A DNA stretch of 27,723 nt from Candidatus Heimdallarchaeota archaeon (GCA_021399345.1 JAAFKI010000198.1:1-27723), one strand, 5' to 3'. Counted from the first letter of the stretch, positions 8,318 to 17,578 are shown. Translations and numbers: made by a program. The notes: generated from the letters alone by a model not told the origin.

Positions 8318-10366
8318 TTATTTTTGAACTAACCCAACCTTATCAAGAACATTAGCATAAATAAATGCAGTTTCTTTCATAGATTCATATCGTCCAGAAG
8401 CTCCATGATGCCCAGCTCCCATATTTGTCTTAAGTAGTAAATCGTTGTTATCAGTCTTAAGTGTTCTAAGCTTAGCAACAAATTTAGCTGGTTCCCAAAA
8501 AGCAACTCGAGGATCATTTAACCCAGAAGTTACAAGTAAATGAGGATAATTACGTGATTCTACTTGGTCATATGGAGAATAGGAGAGCATGTAATCAAAG
8601 TATTCTTTATCTCTTGGATCTCCCCATTCTTTCCATTCCTGAGCTGTTAGCGGAATACTTTCATCCAGCATTGTATTTATAACATCTACAAAAGGTACTC
8701 TAGCAACAACGAAGTGGAACAAATCAGGACGCATTGTAACTGCACCCCCAACCAATAATCCCCCTGCACTAGCACCAGCAATAACTAGTTGTTTTTTGGT
8801 GGTGACATTGTTTTCAATCAGATGTTCAGCAGTATCTATGAAATCATAGAAGCTGTTTTTCTTTTTTAATAATCTACCTTCTTCATACCAGGGTCTGCCT
8901 AGAACGCCGCTTCCTCTGACATGAGCGATGACATATATTATTCCTCTTTCAATTAAACTAACAGCTGTTGGAGAGAAATACGGATCTACAGATACTCCAT
9001 AAGAGCCATAACCATAAAGAAATGTTGGAGCAGGAGTACTAATATTCTTCTTATGAACAATAGAGATTGGAACTTCAACTCCATCACGTGCGGTAATATA
9101 TTTTCTTTCTGTAACAAAATCTTCTTTGTTGTAATCCTTAATTTCATCTTGTTTCTTTAAAATTAATTTTCTTTCATTTACATTGTAATCATATACTGAT
9201 TTAGGAGTTATTAGTGAAGTATAAACTAATCTAAGATAATCAGAAGAATATTCAAAGTTGGCGCCATTCCAAACACCATACACTGTTTCAGGCATCTCTA
9301 TTGTGTGATTATTTTCACTAGTTCTTTCGTAAAATATGTCTACTTTAGCTAAACCTGCTTCTCTTTTATAAATAACTAGAAAATCCTCAAAAGCCTCTGT
9401 CCACATGAGACGTACATCTTTATTATGAGAAATAATCTCTTCCCAGTTCTTAATTTCAAAGTTATTAACAGTGGATTTCATTAACTTAAAATTAGTAGAA
9501 TCATTCGAGTTTGTTACAATGTAGAAAAATCCATCTTTATGCGTAATATGATATTCATGTTTCTCTTCTCTTTTATAGAATATCTGGAAATCACCCAGAG
9601 GGTCAGATACATCCAAAAATCGTATTTCAGAACTTAGAGTTGATTCTGAATTCATAAAGAGATATTTGTTGTCCTTGCTTTTCCAAACATATACACGTCT
9701 TTCTATATCTTTCTCCTCAAAAATTACAGGATCATCTTTTGATGAAGAGCCAAGTATGTGTCTTTTCAATGCATAAGGTCTCTGTGCATCATCCCTTATA
9801 TTATAGTAAATAGTTTTATCATCAGCCCATTCAAAATTCCAACCAATGTTTTCAATTCCAGGAGTGTTAGTTTCTCCTGTTTCTAAATTCTTAATCTGGA
9901 TAATGAATTTCTCATAACCAGTGTTATCTATGGAATAAGCTAGTATTTTCTGATTTGGGCTTATTTTAAATGTTCTAAGCTTGTAGTACTCGTAATCTTT
10001 GGCTAATTCATTTATATCAAGGAGTATTTCTTCTTCATTTTCTAAACTCAAATGCTTACGACAATAGATTTTGTACTCCTTACCTTTCTCATCTCTATTA
10101 TAGTAATAATATTCTTTGAATTTGTACGGAACGCTTTCGTCCTCTTCCTTAATTCTATTTTTCATCTCATTGAACAGCTCATCGGTGAAAGTATCTAGAT
10201 GCTTAGTTTTTTCTTTAGTATAGTCATTTTCAGCTGTTAAATAATCTATAACTTCTTGATTTTCTTTAAATCTGAGCCAGAAATAATCGTCTTCCATTTT
10301 CTGACCATGAATCTCGGTTATTTTCAACTCTCTTTTAGCAACTGGTGGTTGAAGTGGATCACTCAT
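8318..10366 (-). CDS. ptrB: Oligopeptidase B (S9A serine peptidase)
   Basis: PPVAKR...DDYFWLR N-terminus, YGYGSYG, HVRGSG, nucleophile GASAGG, NDPRV (Asp) and GAGHHGASGRY (His). Confidence 0.95.
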   Translation of the reverse strand: MSDPLQPPVAKRELKITEIHGQKMEDDYFWLRFKENQEVIDYLTAENDYTKEKTKHLDTFTDELFNEMKNRIKEEDESVPYKFKEYYYYNRDEKGKEYKIYCRKHLSLENEEEILLDINELAKDYEYYKLRTFKISPNQKILAYSIDNTGYEKFIIQIKNLETGETNTPGIENIGWNFEWADDKTIYYNIRDDAQRPYALKRHILGSSSKDDPVIFEEKDIERRVYVWKSKDNKYLFMNSESTLSSEIRFLDVSDPLGDFQIFYKREEKHEYHITHKDGFFYIVTNSNDSTNFKLMKSTVNNFEIKNWEEIISHNKDVRLMWTEAFEDFLVIYKREAGLAKVDIFYERTSENNHTIEMPETVYGVWNGANFEYSSDYLRLVYTSLITPKSVYDYNVNERKLILKKQDEIKDYNKEDFVTERKYITARDGVEVPISIVHKKNISTPAPTFLYGYGSYGVSVDPYFSPTAVSLIERGIIYVIAHVRGSGVLGRPWYEEGRLLKKKNSFYDFIDTAEHLIENNVTTKKQLVIAGASAGGLLVGGAVTMRPDLFHFVVARVPFVDVINTMLDESIPLTAQEWKEWGDPRDKEYFDYMLSYSPYDQVESRNYPHLLVTSGLNDPRVAFWEPAKFVAKLRTLKTDNNDLLLKTNMGAGHHGASGRYESMKETAFIYANVLDKVGLVQK

Positions 10367-10657
10367 AATTTAAATTAAATAGAACTCTATAAAAAAATTT
10401 ACTAAAAGCAAAAGAGAATTATCAAAATACTAAGTTTTGTTTGATTATTTTCCACCATATTCTAGCGGTTTTGTATAGATAGTTCAGTATATGTATCGAA
10501 TATGGACTATACTTATCAGAATACAGCAACATTTAATCAATTAATGAGTGAATATATAGATGAATTGAGATAGTTATAATTATAAAACGAGTATTATTTA
10601 GATTTTCTAACGGAAAAATATATTTATGGTTAATTAAAAAACTTCTTGGCGTAGAGC

Positions 10658-10879
10658 ATGAATGAACTATTACACGGACAACAAATGCAAAAGAAAAATT
10701 ACGTACAAATGATGGTTAGCACAGCAATTTTAATTATATTAGGTGTAATTCTAACGATTATAGGAATAAACAAGCATAATGAAAGTTTATTTGTAGGTTC
10801 TGGAACACTCGCAGGATTGAGTATTATGTTCTTTATTCTAATTCTTCTAGATATTAATGAAACAGCTAGTACCAAGTAA
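10658..10879 (+). CDS. Small two-TM membrane protein
   Basis: 73 aa with two hydrophobic helices in an otherwise non-coding gap. Confidence 0.6.
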   Translation: MNELLHGQQMQKKNYVQMMVSTAILIILGVILTIIGINKHNESLFVGSGTLAGLSIMFFILILLDINETASTK

Positions 10880-10975
10880 AAAGATGGTAATAATTTAGTA
10901 GAAATGAAGAGAGATTAGTCTTTAAATTTCAAATCTTAGGTTTCTTCTTAATTTAATCACATTAAAGAAAGAAAA

Positions 10976-11854
10976 TTAATGAGGGTGCCATTCAACATTT
11001 CCTTCACGATCAATTGTTGCACCTGCATGCCTTAAAGCCCAACATGAAATTACTACGCCCACTGGTAAACTTGCTGGGTGTCTTGCAGCAAATTCCATAT
11101 GAACGTCAAATACAGATGTTCCTTCACCAAGCCCCATTGCACCAATTTCAAGTTTGTTTAGAATATCTTTGAGTTCTTTCTCAATTGAAGCAATATTTTC
11201 ATCTTCATGATATTGATAAAGAGGTCTTAACAAGGCTTTCTTAGCAAGGTTCATACACATATCTTCTCCACCACCGACACCTACACCCACAGTATAAGGA
11301 GGACATGCAAGAGGACCAGCAGCAGCTACCGCTTCTACTACAAACTCTTTCACTCCTTTGATTCCTTTTCCAGGAGGAACCATCTTCATTTTCCCAACAT
11401 TAGAACTTCCTCCGCCTTTTGGCATAGCAATAATTTCACATTTATCTCCTTCAACCAAATCAAAATAGAACCATGGTACATATCCCCTTAAACCTACGTT
11501 ATTTTTGGTATTTCCTTCAAACATATCTACTGCGTTAGGTCTGAGAGGTACTTTCTCTGTTGCTTTCTCTGTTGCTTTGATTAGAGCTGTTTTAACTTCT
11601 GATTTAATAGGAAACTTATCCCCTATTTTAACGAAGAAAGAAACTAATCCAGTATCTTGACACATAGGTTTAGTGAAGGTTTCAGCTAGAATGACATTTT
11701 CGTTAATAGCTTTTAACTGTGATTTACCTAAACTTCCCTCAGTATCTTTTTCGTCTTGAATCAGTGCTTCCTTTACTTCACTTGGAAGTTTAGTTGCTGA
11801 TATTTCGAGTAATTTAGCTGCTGTATCTTCTACTACTTGTGCAATATCCATCAT
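10976..11854 (-). CDS. Class I fumarate hydratase / L(+)-tartrate dehydratase, alpha subunit
   Basis: PMCQDTG, PLRPNAV, MPKGGGS, ACPPYTVGVGVGG, RHPASLPV and SCWALR (Fe-S ligating Cys motifs). Confidence 0.93.
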   Translation of the reverse strand: MMDIAQVVEDTAAKLLEISATKLPSEVKEALIQDEKDTEGSLGKSQLKAINENVILAETFTKPMCQDTGLVSFFVKIGDKFPIKSEVKTALIKATEKATEKVPLRPNAVDMFEGNTKNNVGLRGYVPWFYFDLVEGDKCEIIAMPKGGGSSNVGKMKMVPPGKGIKGVKEFVVEAVAAAGPLACPPYTVGVGVGGGEDMCMNLAKKALLRPLYQYHEDENIASIEKELKDILNKLEIGAMGLGEGTSVFDVHMEFAARHPASLPVGVVISCWALRHAGATIDREGNVEWHPH

Positions 11855-11858
11855 TTTT

Positions 11859-11984
11859 TTACAACTCCTGTAAAATCTTTTCTTTATTAACCTCGATGTT
11901 CTTCTTTGATTCAGCAGTTAGGTTACCACCATGAGTATCAATTGTAACGGTTAAAGGACCAAATTCATCTACTGCGTATACCCA
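11859..11984 (-). pseudogene. Displaced 3' end (41 codons plus stop) of the fumarate hydratase beta-subunit gene
   Basis: Translates WVYAVDEFGPLTVTIDTHGGNLTAESKKNIEVNKEKILQEL*, 26/41 identical and ungapped to the last 41 aa of 14979-15575. Its stop lies 4 nt before the alpha ATG and it contains AGGAG. Confidence 0.92.
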
Positions 11985-12087
11985 AGAGACAATCAAGTTA
12001 ATCAACAATTCCGAGAAAAATTAGCAAGTTTAAAATCTTCTGATATACACTTAAGTTTCTTAATGCATACCTAAAATAGGATTTAAG

Positions 12088-12108
12088 TCAAAACTAAAAC
12101 AAACAAAA
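12088..12108 (-). terminator. Oligo(T) archaeal terminator candidate after the 914-aa gene
   Basis: Minus strand reads ttttgtttgttttagttttga immediately after the stop. Confidence 0.4.
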
Positions 12109-14853
12109 TCAGATATCGTTCCAGTTTGAAATAATAAAATCCCAAGTTTCAGCAACTTTTATTTCCTGATCAGAATTTAGCACTTCCGTCCAAATTTGAT
12201 ATTGAATGTCTTCTACTAGATTATTAAACAAATTATTTTGAATAGGAAGGATAAAAGTTCTATCAATTTCCTTTCTAACATTCCATTTATCAACACCATA
12301 TTTTGTTCCAAAACCTAAAAGAACTTCTTTCCAGCCTCCATTTCCCGTATAATCAAATTGAACTTGTTTGCCGACAACCCGAATTCTAAACCCATTTCGA
12401 GGTTCAATAGAACTAGGTAAATAGAACGACCAATCATCTATGGTTTGTATATATTCTAGTATCCACGAAAACAGAGTTGTCCAAACTTTTTGATACTCAA
12501 ACACTATTGCAAAGAAAAGTTTGATATTGAAATCTCCATCAGAGTTTCTAAAATTATATTTAGTTCCTAGAAAATTCACAGGTTCTACAGGAATACCTGA
12601 CTGAATTAATCTTTTCTTCCAAGCATCAACTATCTTGATAGAATTACTGAATTCAACCCCTCTTACATTGAATTTAATTGGAAACTGGAGTAGCATTTTG
12701 CTTAAAGTTTCATTAGCTTTAAAAAACTGATCCAAATTCAATTTAACACCTAGCCAAGGTAATCTCTTATTAAATCCTACAACTTCAACAGGCGATATTG
12801 TTTTTCGATCAAAGAAAATTAGAGGTTGAATTAATTTTGATCTATGATTTAGATTAAACCCATCTGGTACTTTATATGGTGGTTTCAAATCTCTCAGTAT
12901 TTTCTGTATCCAATTAGGATTATCCAAATAATGTTGCCAAATTTCCTCTTCACATTTAACACTTACACTATCATTTACTAAGAGATCTCCAAAGAATTTA
13001 GATTTCAATTTACTCCAACCATTATAAAAATCAGATTTATTTGTTATGTGAATTCTTTTAAAAATTTTCTCAAGTGAGTAAATACATTCCCAATGCTGGT
13101 GAAATTTATAGGGTACTACAGATTTACTTTTGAAGTTTTTGTCCAGTTTCTTAAGTGTTTTTTGACCTAAATTATTTAATGTTTCTAGACAATGAAACAT
13201 CATCCCACAATTAAAAATTGAGAATTCCTTTATAATACCTTTTTGGCTAAGATTCATTATTTCATAGTAAGTAGTTCTTTGCATTTCATTCATTTTTTTA
13301 ACTATTTCATCTTCAGATATACCATCAAGAATCAAACAATGAGAGAGTTTACCTATAGCATTTTTCAAAATTGAATTGAGCATTGAATAGGTTCTGTATT
13401 CATCAGATGATTGTTTTCTTGATTTTCTCATATTTTTAAGATTTGTATCAAAACAGTCTAGTGATAGTCTTATTGCTCCATCTTTTGTTTTTACAAAGTT
13501 TGGTAGAAATACATCTCGTTGTATTTTAATTGATACAAATTTATCATTGTTATTTATTGTAGTTTTTACATTAAGTTCTATTTCCTGAACAGCTTCATCT
13601 GCAACGGTGAAATACCCGTTTTTCTTTACTAATTTATGAGCATTACCATGTTGAATTAAGGAAATTAATTGGTTTTGTCTTATAGCTCCTTTCAAGATTT
13701 GATTAATTGTAATTTGGGGAAGCCCAGAATCTATCAGAGCATTTCGTAAATTTCCTGATTTAATTTTTTTGTTGAAATTGAAACCCACACCAGAGGTTGT
13801 AAACAAATATTTCTTATTTAGGGCTACAACCAGGTCATCTACTTTCATGAAACTAATCTTTAACTTCGAAAGTTCCTCACGTTTTACTTTCAAAAATGAA
13901 TCAATATCATCAGATATTTGTGTAGTAAATTTGATATTCGTATTTGTTCTAATATAATCAAAAAAACCACCCAAATCTTCTCCTACTTTCATTTCTACAG
14001 TCCTAAGATCATATTTTGTAGAATTTCTGTTTCCAATTACTCCTAACATTATATCATCGAATCCATTGGAACTGGAAAATTTACCTTTTAATCCTCTTAT
14101 TAACACCTTATCCAGCTTTAAAGGAACTCCATTAATATTCCAAAAACGTCGCATTTTATCTTTTTCGAAATTTAGTTTAATTTGAGCCTTTAGAAAACTC
14201 TCTGCTGTATGAGTACTGGTAATTCCTTTAACTCCAAATTTAGTCAATAATACTCTCACATATGAATCAGATTCTGAAGGTTCAAGGGGTGTTGAAAATT
14301 GTTTTAAATCAGGAGAATCAGTGGTTTTCTGAAACTTTTGATAATTTCCAGTTTTTGAATCATTAAAATCCTTTAATAGATGAATCCCAAGCTCATTTAC
14401 ATTACTTTCTCCATTTTGATTTAAAGGACCAAAAACCTTGTTGAGGCTTTCAGAATCATTAATGAGAGAATTTACCCATCTATCATAACTAATTTCTGGT
14501 CTTCCATACAGTTTTTTTACATCCTTTCTGAGACGATTTGAATATTTAATACTTTCATTTAAACGTGAAATTAGAACCTTCTTAAGTTGATTTTCGTTTT
14601 CCTCTAGTTCGTTTTGTATAACAAATCTACTCCTTACAAAGTTTGAATTATTCTGTTTTATCTTTTCCACACTAAGTTCTAGTTTTTGGCCAAGATTCTC
14701 TTTTAAACTATATTTATTCAGGGCCATTAATTTTGTTATTTGTTTCTTTATTAGTTTAATTTTCTTTAATTCTTCTTCTATTTTCTTATTCAAAATATCC
14801 AATTCTATCTGTTTGTAGTTTTTACTTTCAGTTGTCCTTGTATTAGTATTCAT
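12109..14853 (-). CDS. Large hypothetical protein: N-terminal coiled coil, putative PD-(D/E)xK nuclease domain, unknown C-terminal region
   Basis: Intact 914-aa ORF; K/E/L-rich aa 1-115; AE218...NGFD266DIML...TVE287MK289 resembles the restriction-nuclease E...D...ExK signature. Confidence 0.6.
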   Translation of the reverse strand: MNTNTRTTESKNYKQIELDILNKKIEEELKKIKLIKKQITKLMALNKYSLKENLGQKLELSVEKIKQNNSNFVRSRFVIQNELEENENQLKKVLISRLNESIKYSNRLRKDVKKLYGRPEISYDRWVNSLINDSESLNKVFGPLNQNGESNVNELGIHLLKDFNDSKTGNYQKFQKTTDSPDLKQFSTPLEPSESDSYVRVLLTKFGVKGITSTHTAESFLKAQIKLNFEKDKMRRFWNINGVPLKLDKVLIRGLKGKFSSSNGFDDIMLGVIGNRNSTKYDLRTVEMKVGEDLGGFFDYIRTNTNIKFTTQISDDIDSFLKVKREELSKLKISFMKVDDLVVALNKKYLFTTSGVGFNFNKKIKSGNLRNALIDSGLPQITINQILKGAIRQNQLISLIQHGNAHKLVKKNGYFTVADEAVQEIELNVKTTINNNDKFVSIKIQRDVFLPNFVKTKDGAIRLSLDCFDTNLKNMRKSRKQSSDEYRTYSMLNSILKNAIGKLSHCLILDGISEDEIVKKMNEMQRTTYYEIMNLSQKGIIKEFSIFNCGMMFHCLETLNNLGQKTLKKLDKNFKSKSVVPYKFHQHWECIYSLEKIFKRIHITNKSDFYNGWSKLKSKFFGDLLVNDSVSVKCEEEIWQHYLDNPNWIQKILRDLKPPYKVPDGFNLNHRSKLIQPLIFFDRKTISPVEVVGFNKRLPWLGVKLNLDQFFKANETLSKMLLQFPIKFNVRGVEFSNSIKIVDAWKKRLIQSGIPVEPVNFLGTKYNFRNSDGDFNIKLFFAIVFEYQKVWTTLFSWILEYIQTIDDWSFYLPSSIEPRNGFRIRVVGKQVQFDYTGNGGWKEVLLGFGTKYGVDKWNVRKEIDRTFILPIQNNLFNNLVEDIQYQIWTEVLNSDQEIKVAETWDFIISNWNDI

Positions 14854-14978
14854 TACAATAACTCTATAATATAATGTCTAAAATGATTTAAAAACTCAAG
14901 AAAATCTTTAAACTAAATAGAGGGATGCTGAAGCGATTAAGATTTATTGGTCTTATTGAGAAAAACAAGATTTTTACT

Positions 14979-15575
14979 TTACAAATTTTGCAGAATCTTG
15001 TCTTTATTCTCTTCTATCTTTTTTATCCTTTTTTCAGTCATATTACCCCCATGGGTATCGATTGTTATAGTTAAAGGACCAAAGTTTTCAACATCGAAGA
15101 GCCAAAGTGATTCTGGCATACCTAGTTCCTCATACCAAAAAACATCCTTTACTTTTTTAATTCGATCAGCTGCTAATAGAGCTGCACCTCCAGTAAAGTA
15201 ACCATAGATGCAAGTTTCTTCTTGGCATGCTTTTGTTGTTCTTGCACCCATTCCTCCTTTTCCAATGATAATTCCAGGTTGAAAAGTTTTGATAAACTCA
15301 TCTTGGAAGATTTCCATTCTTGCTGAGGTAGTTGGGCCAGCTGCAACAACAGTCCATTCTCCTTGCTCATTCTTCTTCATTACAGGACCACAGTGAAAGA
15401 GTCCTATACCTTTGAAATCAACAGGTGGTTGTTTTCCTTCTTTATGTAACTCCAGAGCTTTCAAATGAGCTTCATCACGTGCTGTAACAACAGTTCCTGT
15501 AATATAAACTACATCCCCTATTTTGATTTTCTTAAGTTCTTCAGGGGGTAGTGGAGTAGTTAAGTGATATTCCAT
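14979..15575 (-). CDS. Class I fumarate hydratase / L(+)-tartrate dehydratase, beta subunit
   Basis: GDVVYITG...TARDEAH, HCGPV, AAGPTTSARME, IIGKGGM and LGMPESLW...FGPLTITIDTHG. Confidence 0.94.
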   Translation of the reverse strand: MEYHLTTPLPPEELKKIKIGDVVYITGTVVTARDEAHLKALELHKEGKQPPVDFKGIGLFHCGPVMKKNEQGEWTVVAAGPTTSARMEIFQDEFIKTFQPGIIIGKGGMGARTTKACQEETCIYGYFTGGAALLAADRIKKVKDVFWYEELGMPESLWLFDVENFGPLTITIDTHGGNMTEKRIKKIEENKDKILQNL

Positions 15576-15598
15576 GAGGGCCGACTTCTATTGATGTT

Positions 15599-15611
15599 CT
15601 TTAACTTTTCG
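15599..15611 (-). promoter_or_regulatory. BRE/TATA-like promoter of the beta-subunit gene
   Basis: cgaaaagTTAAAG; the T-run begins 29 nt before the ATG, a leaderless geometry. Confidence 0.45.
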
Positions 15612-15683
15612 AAGAGGACTTAACATTCAGATAATTTTCCAGTCAAAAATATAAACAAGCTATTCAATAATATAACAACTGGA

Positions 15684-16457
15684 GTGATTTTACTGACATC
15701 AATAATTGACATCATCAATTCTGTGGCTCAACTTATTAAAGAAGCAGACAATGTTGTTATATTCACTGGAGCAGGAATTAGTGTTCCTAGTGGTGTTCCT
15801 GATTTCCGTTCTCCAGGAGGACTGTGGGATAAATACGACCCTTTTGAGGTTTCTACACTAAAAGCTTTCAAGAAAAAACCAGAAAAAGTCTGGGAGTTTT
15901 TTAGAGACTTGTATAAGAACTTTGGAGATACTAAACCAAATATTGCACATTATGCTGTAACTGAAATTCAAGAGATGTTTGGAGAAAATAAGATTCACAT
16001 TGTCACTCAGAATATTGATAGCTTACATATCAAAGCAGGTTCCAAAAATGTTTATGAAGTCCATGGAACTGCAGAGATGATGCATTGTATAAAGTGCTCT
16101 TTTGAAGAGTATTTGGATGAAGATAAGCATTTGAAAGTTTTACCTTATCCTGAATGTCCAAAATGTGGAAAACCTATGAAACCCAAGGTAGTGCTTTTTG
16201 AAGAGCTCTTGGATCCTTCAATTATGCGAGAAGCCATGAGAATAGCTGTTAAGAGTGATATAGCAATAGGAATAGGAACAAGTTTAGGAATTTTCCCTGC
16301 TGCAGATGTTTTGTTAGCTCCACCTCCTTCTACTAAAAAAGCTATTTTTAATTTGACACCAACTTACTATGATCACCTTATTCATTATAGGATACGAGGA
16401 GATGTTATTGAAACATTACCTTGGTTAGTAGAATCTTTGAAAAAAGAAGAAGAGTAG
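15684..16457 (+). CDS. cobB: NAD-dependent protein deacylase (sirtuin/Sir2)
   Basis: FTGAGISVPSGVPDFRS, TQNIDSLH, VHG, CIKC/CPKC zinc site and GTSL. Confidence 0.93.
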   Translation: MILLTSIIDIINSVAQLIKEADNVVIFTGAGISVPSGVPDFRSPGGLWDKYDPFEVSTLKAFKKKPEKVWEFFRDLYKNFGDTKPNIAHYAVTEIQEMFGENKIHIVTQNIDSLHIKAGSKNVYEVHGTAEMMHCIKCSFEEYLDEDKHLKVLPYPECPKCGKPMKPKVVLFEELLDPSIMREAMRIAVKSDIAIGIGTSLGIFPAADVLLAPPPSTKKAIFNLTPTYYDHLIHYRIRGDVIETLPWLVESLKKEEE

Positions 16458-16540
16458 CTTTTCGTTTTTTATTATGTAGCCATTTTCATTTACATACAGA
16501 AAGTTTAAAGTACTGAAACTATTAATTTAATGTCGTAAGG

Positions 16541-17551
16541 TTGATTCGTATGTCTTTTGAAGAAAACAAGCAATATGAAGAAGAAAAGAAAGAAGAAAGT
16601 CAATTCACAAGTGAATTACAAGACGCTATTGAAGAACAGAGAGAAGAAATTGTCAAACAGGAACCAGTTAATGAAAAAGAACCTGAACCAGAGCCTGAAC
16701 CCGAACCAGAAGAAGTCAAAGAAGAGACAGTAGCTCCTGTTAAAGCTGCACCCCCCGTAGAGGAGAAGAAGAAAAAAGAAGAAAGAATATCTTATTCTCA
16801 CATCGATGTAGATTTATGGCGCACAAAAATGCATAAAGAAGAGTGGGGTATCAGACTAGATGCTCAAAGAGCTCAAAAAGATAGACAATGGACTAGAGAT
16901 ATGGATGCTATTGGAACTGTAAAAGTTGATGGAGAAGATTATGGACTGCTCGCAATCAGAGAAAATCTTTGGAAAGGAAAAGATCCTCTCGAGAGAAGAT
17001 TTGTTATGAAACTCTTTTCGCCAAGCGGTTATTGGAGAGCGAGTATTGAAAGATTACAAGGTGAGAGTTTTGCTAATTCTCATGCTACTAAAGAACCATG
17101 TCCAGCGTATGTTTGTATTTTCAAGCATACACGTAACTTGTTTAGAATTCGAAGGCTATCTCATTTTCCACGTTTTCAAGGTCAGATCTTTGGTTTCAGT
17201 TATTTAGATGAAAACGATAAATTCCAGTCATTTGTCATTGATGATAAAAGACTTAGATTAGGATCTGATTGGGTAATAAAAAATATTCATAATAAAGTTA
17301 TAGCAAAAATAAATGGAAAGTTTTTAAATGTTGGCGGAAGGTTCAAAATCGATATATTTGAAGAGAAATTAGCCAAAGATAAAACTTTTTACAACATGTT
17401 AATACTATTCAGTTCAACTCTTAGATTCTACAGAAATATAAAGAAGAACATAAAGAAGTCACTTAAAGAATTGAAAATTTCAGACACTGAAGTAAAACTT
17501 GATGATAGTGAATCAAATCTCTATCTCAACCCAAGGAAGCTCTCAATTTAG
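16541..17551 (+). CDS. Hypothetical protein: acidic disordered N-terminus with EP repeat, possible LURP-one/tubby/scramblase-like C-terminal domain; likely start ATG 16550
   Basis: E/K-rich aa 1-80 with EPEPEPEPEP; C-terminal FVIDDK...DWVIKN...VIAKINGKF...FKIDI followed by a hydrophobic helix. Confidence 0.6.
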   Translation: MIRMSFEENKQYEEEKKEESQFTSELQDAIEEQREEIVKQEPVNEKEPEPEPEPEPEEVKEETVAPVKAAPPVEEKKKKEERISYSHIDVDLWRTKMHKEEWGIRLDAQRAQKDRQWTRDMDAIGTVKVDGEDYGLLAIRENLWKGKDPLERRFVMKLFSPSGYWRASIERLQGESFANSHATKEPCPAYVCIFKHTRNLFRIRRLSHFPRFQGQIFGFSYLDENDKFQSFVIDDKRLRLGSDWVIKNIHNKVIAKINGKFLNVGGRFKIDIFEEKLAKDKTFYNMLILFSSTLRFYRNIKKNIKKSLKELKISDTEVKLDDSESNLYLNPRKLSI

Positions 17552-17578
17552 CTTCTCTTTTATATTTTTCTTTTTTTT
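17552..17578 (+). terminator. Oligo(T) terminator candidate
   Basis: cttctcttttatatttttctttttttt directly after the stop at 17551. Confidence 0.45.

Larger units (their letters stand above)
11985..15104 (-). mobile_element. Putative site-specific insertion within the fumarase beta gene carrying a replacement 3' end and one 914-aa gene
   Basis: Bounded by two diverged copies of the beta-subunit 3' end; visibly AT-richer cargo; no recognisable integrase or transposase. Boundaries are approximate to about 10 nt. Confidence 0.65.

Noticed and set aside
10367-10657. Possible 36-codon minus-strand ORF or weak hairpin in the ptrB upstream gap
   Set aside because: Too short and motif-free; consistent with AT-rich divergent promoter DNA.
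12109-14853. 914-aa protein as a Cas12/Cas13 effector, reverse transcriptase or integrase
   Set aside because: No RuvC triad, RxxxxH, YxDD or recombinase motifs seen, and no CRISPR array nearby.
15684-16457. Sirtuin as a defence-associated SIR2 NADase linked to the insertion
   Set aside because: It has the canonical zinc-binding deacylase architecture and lies outside the cassette.
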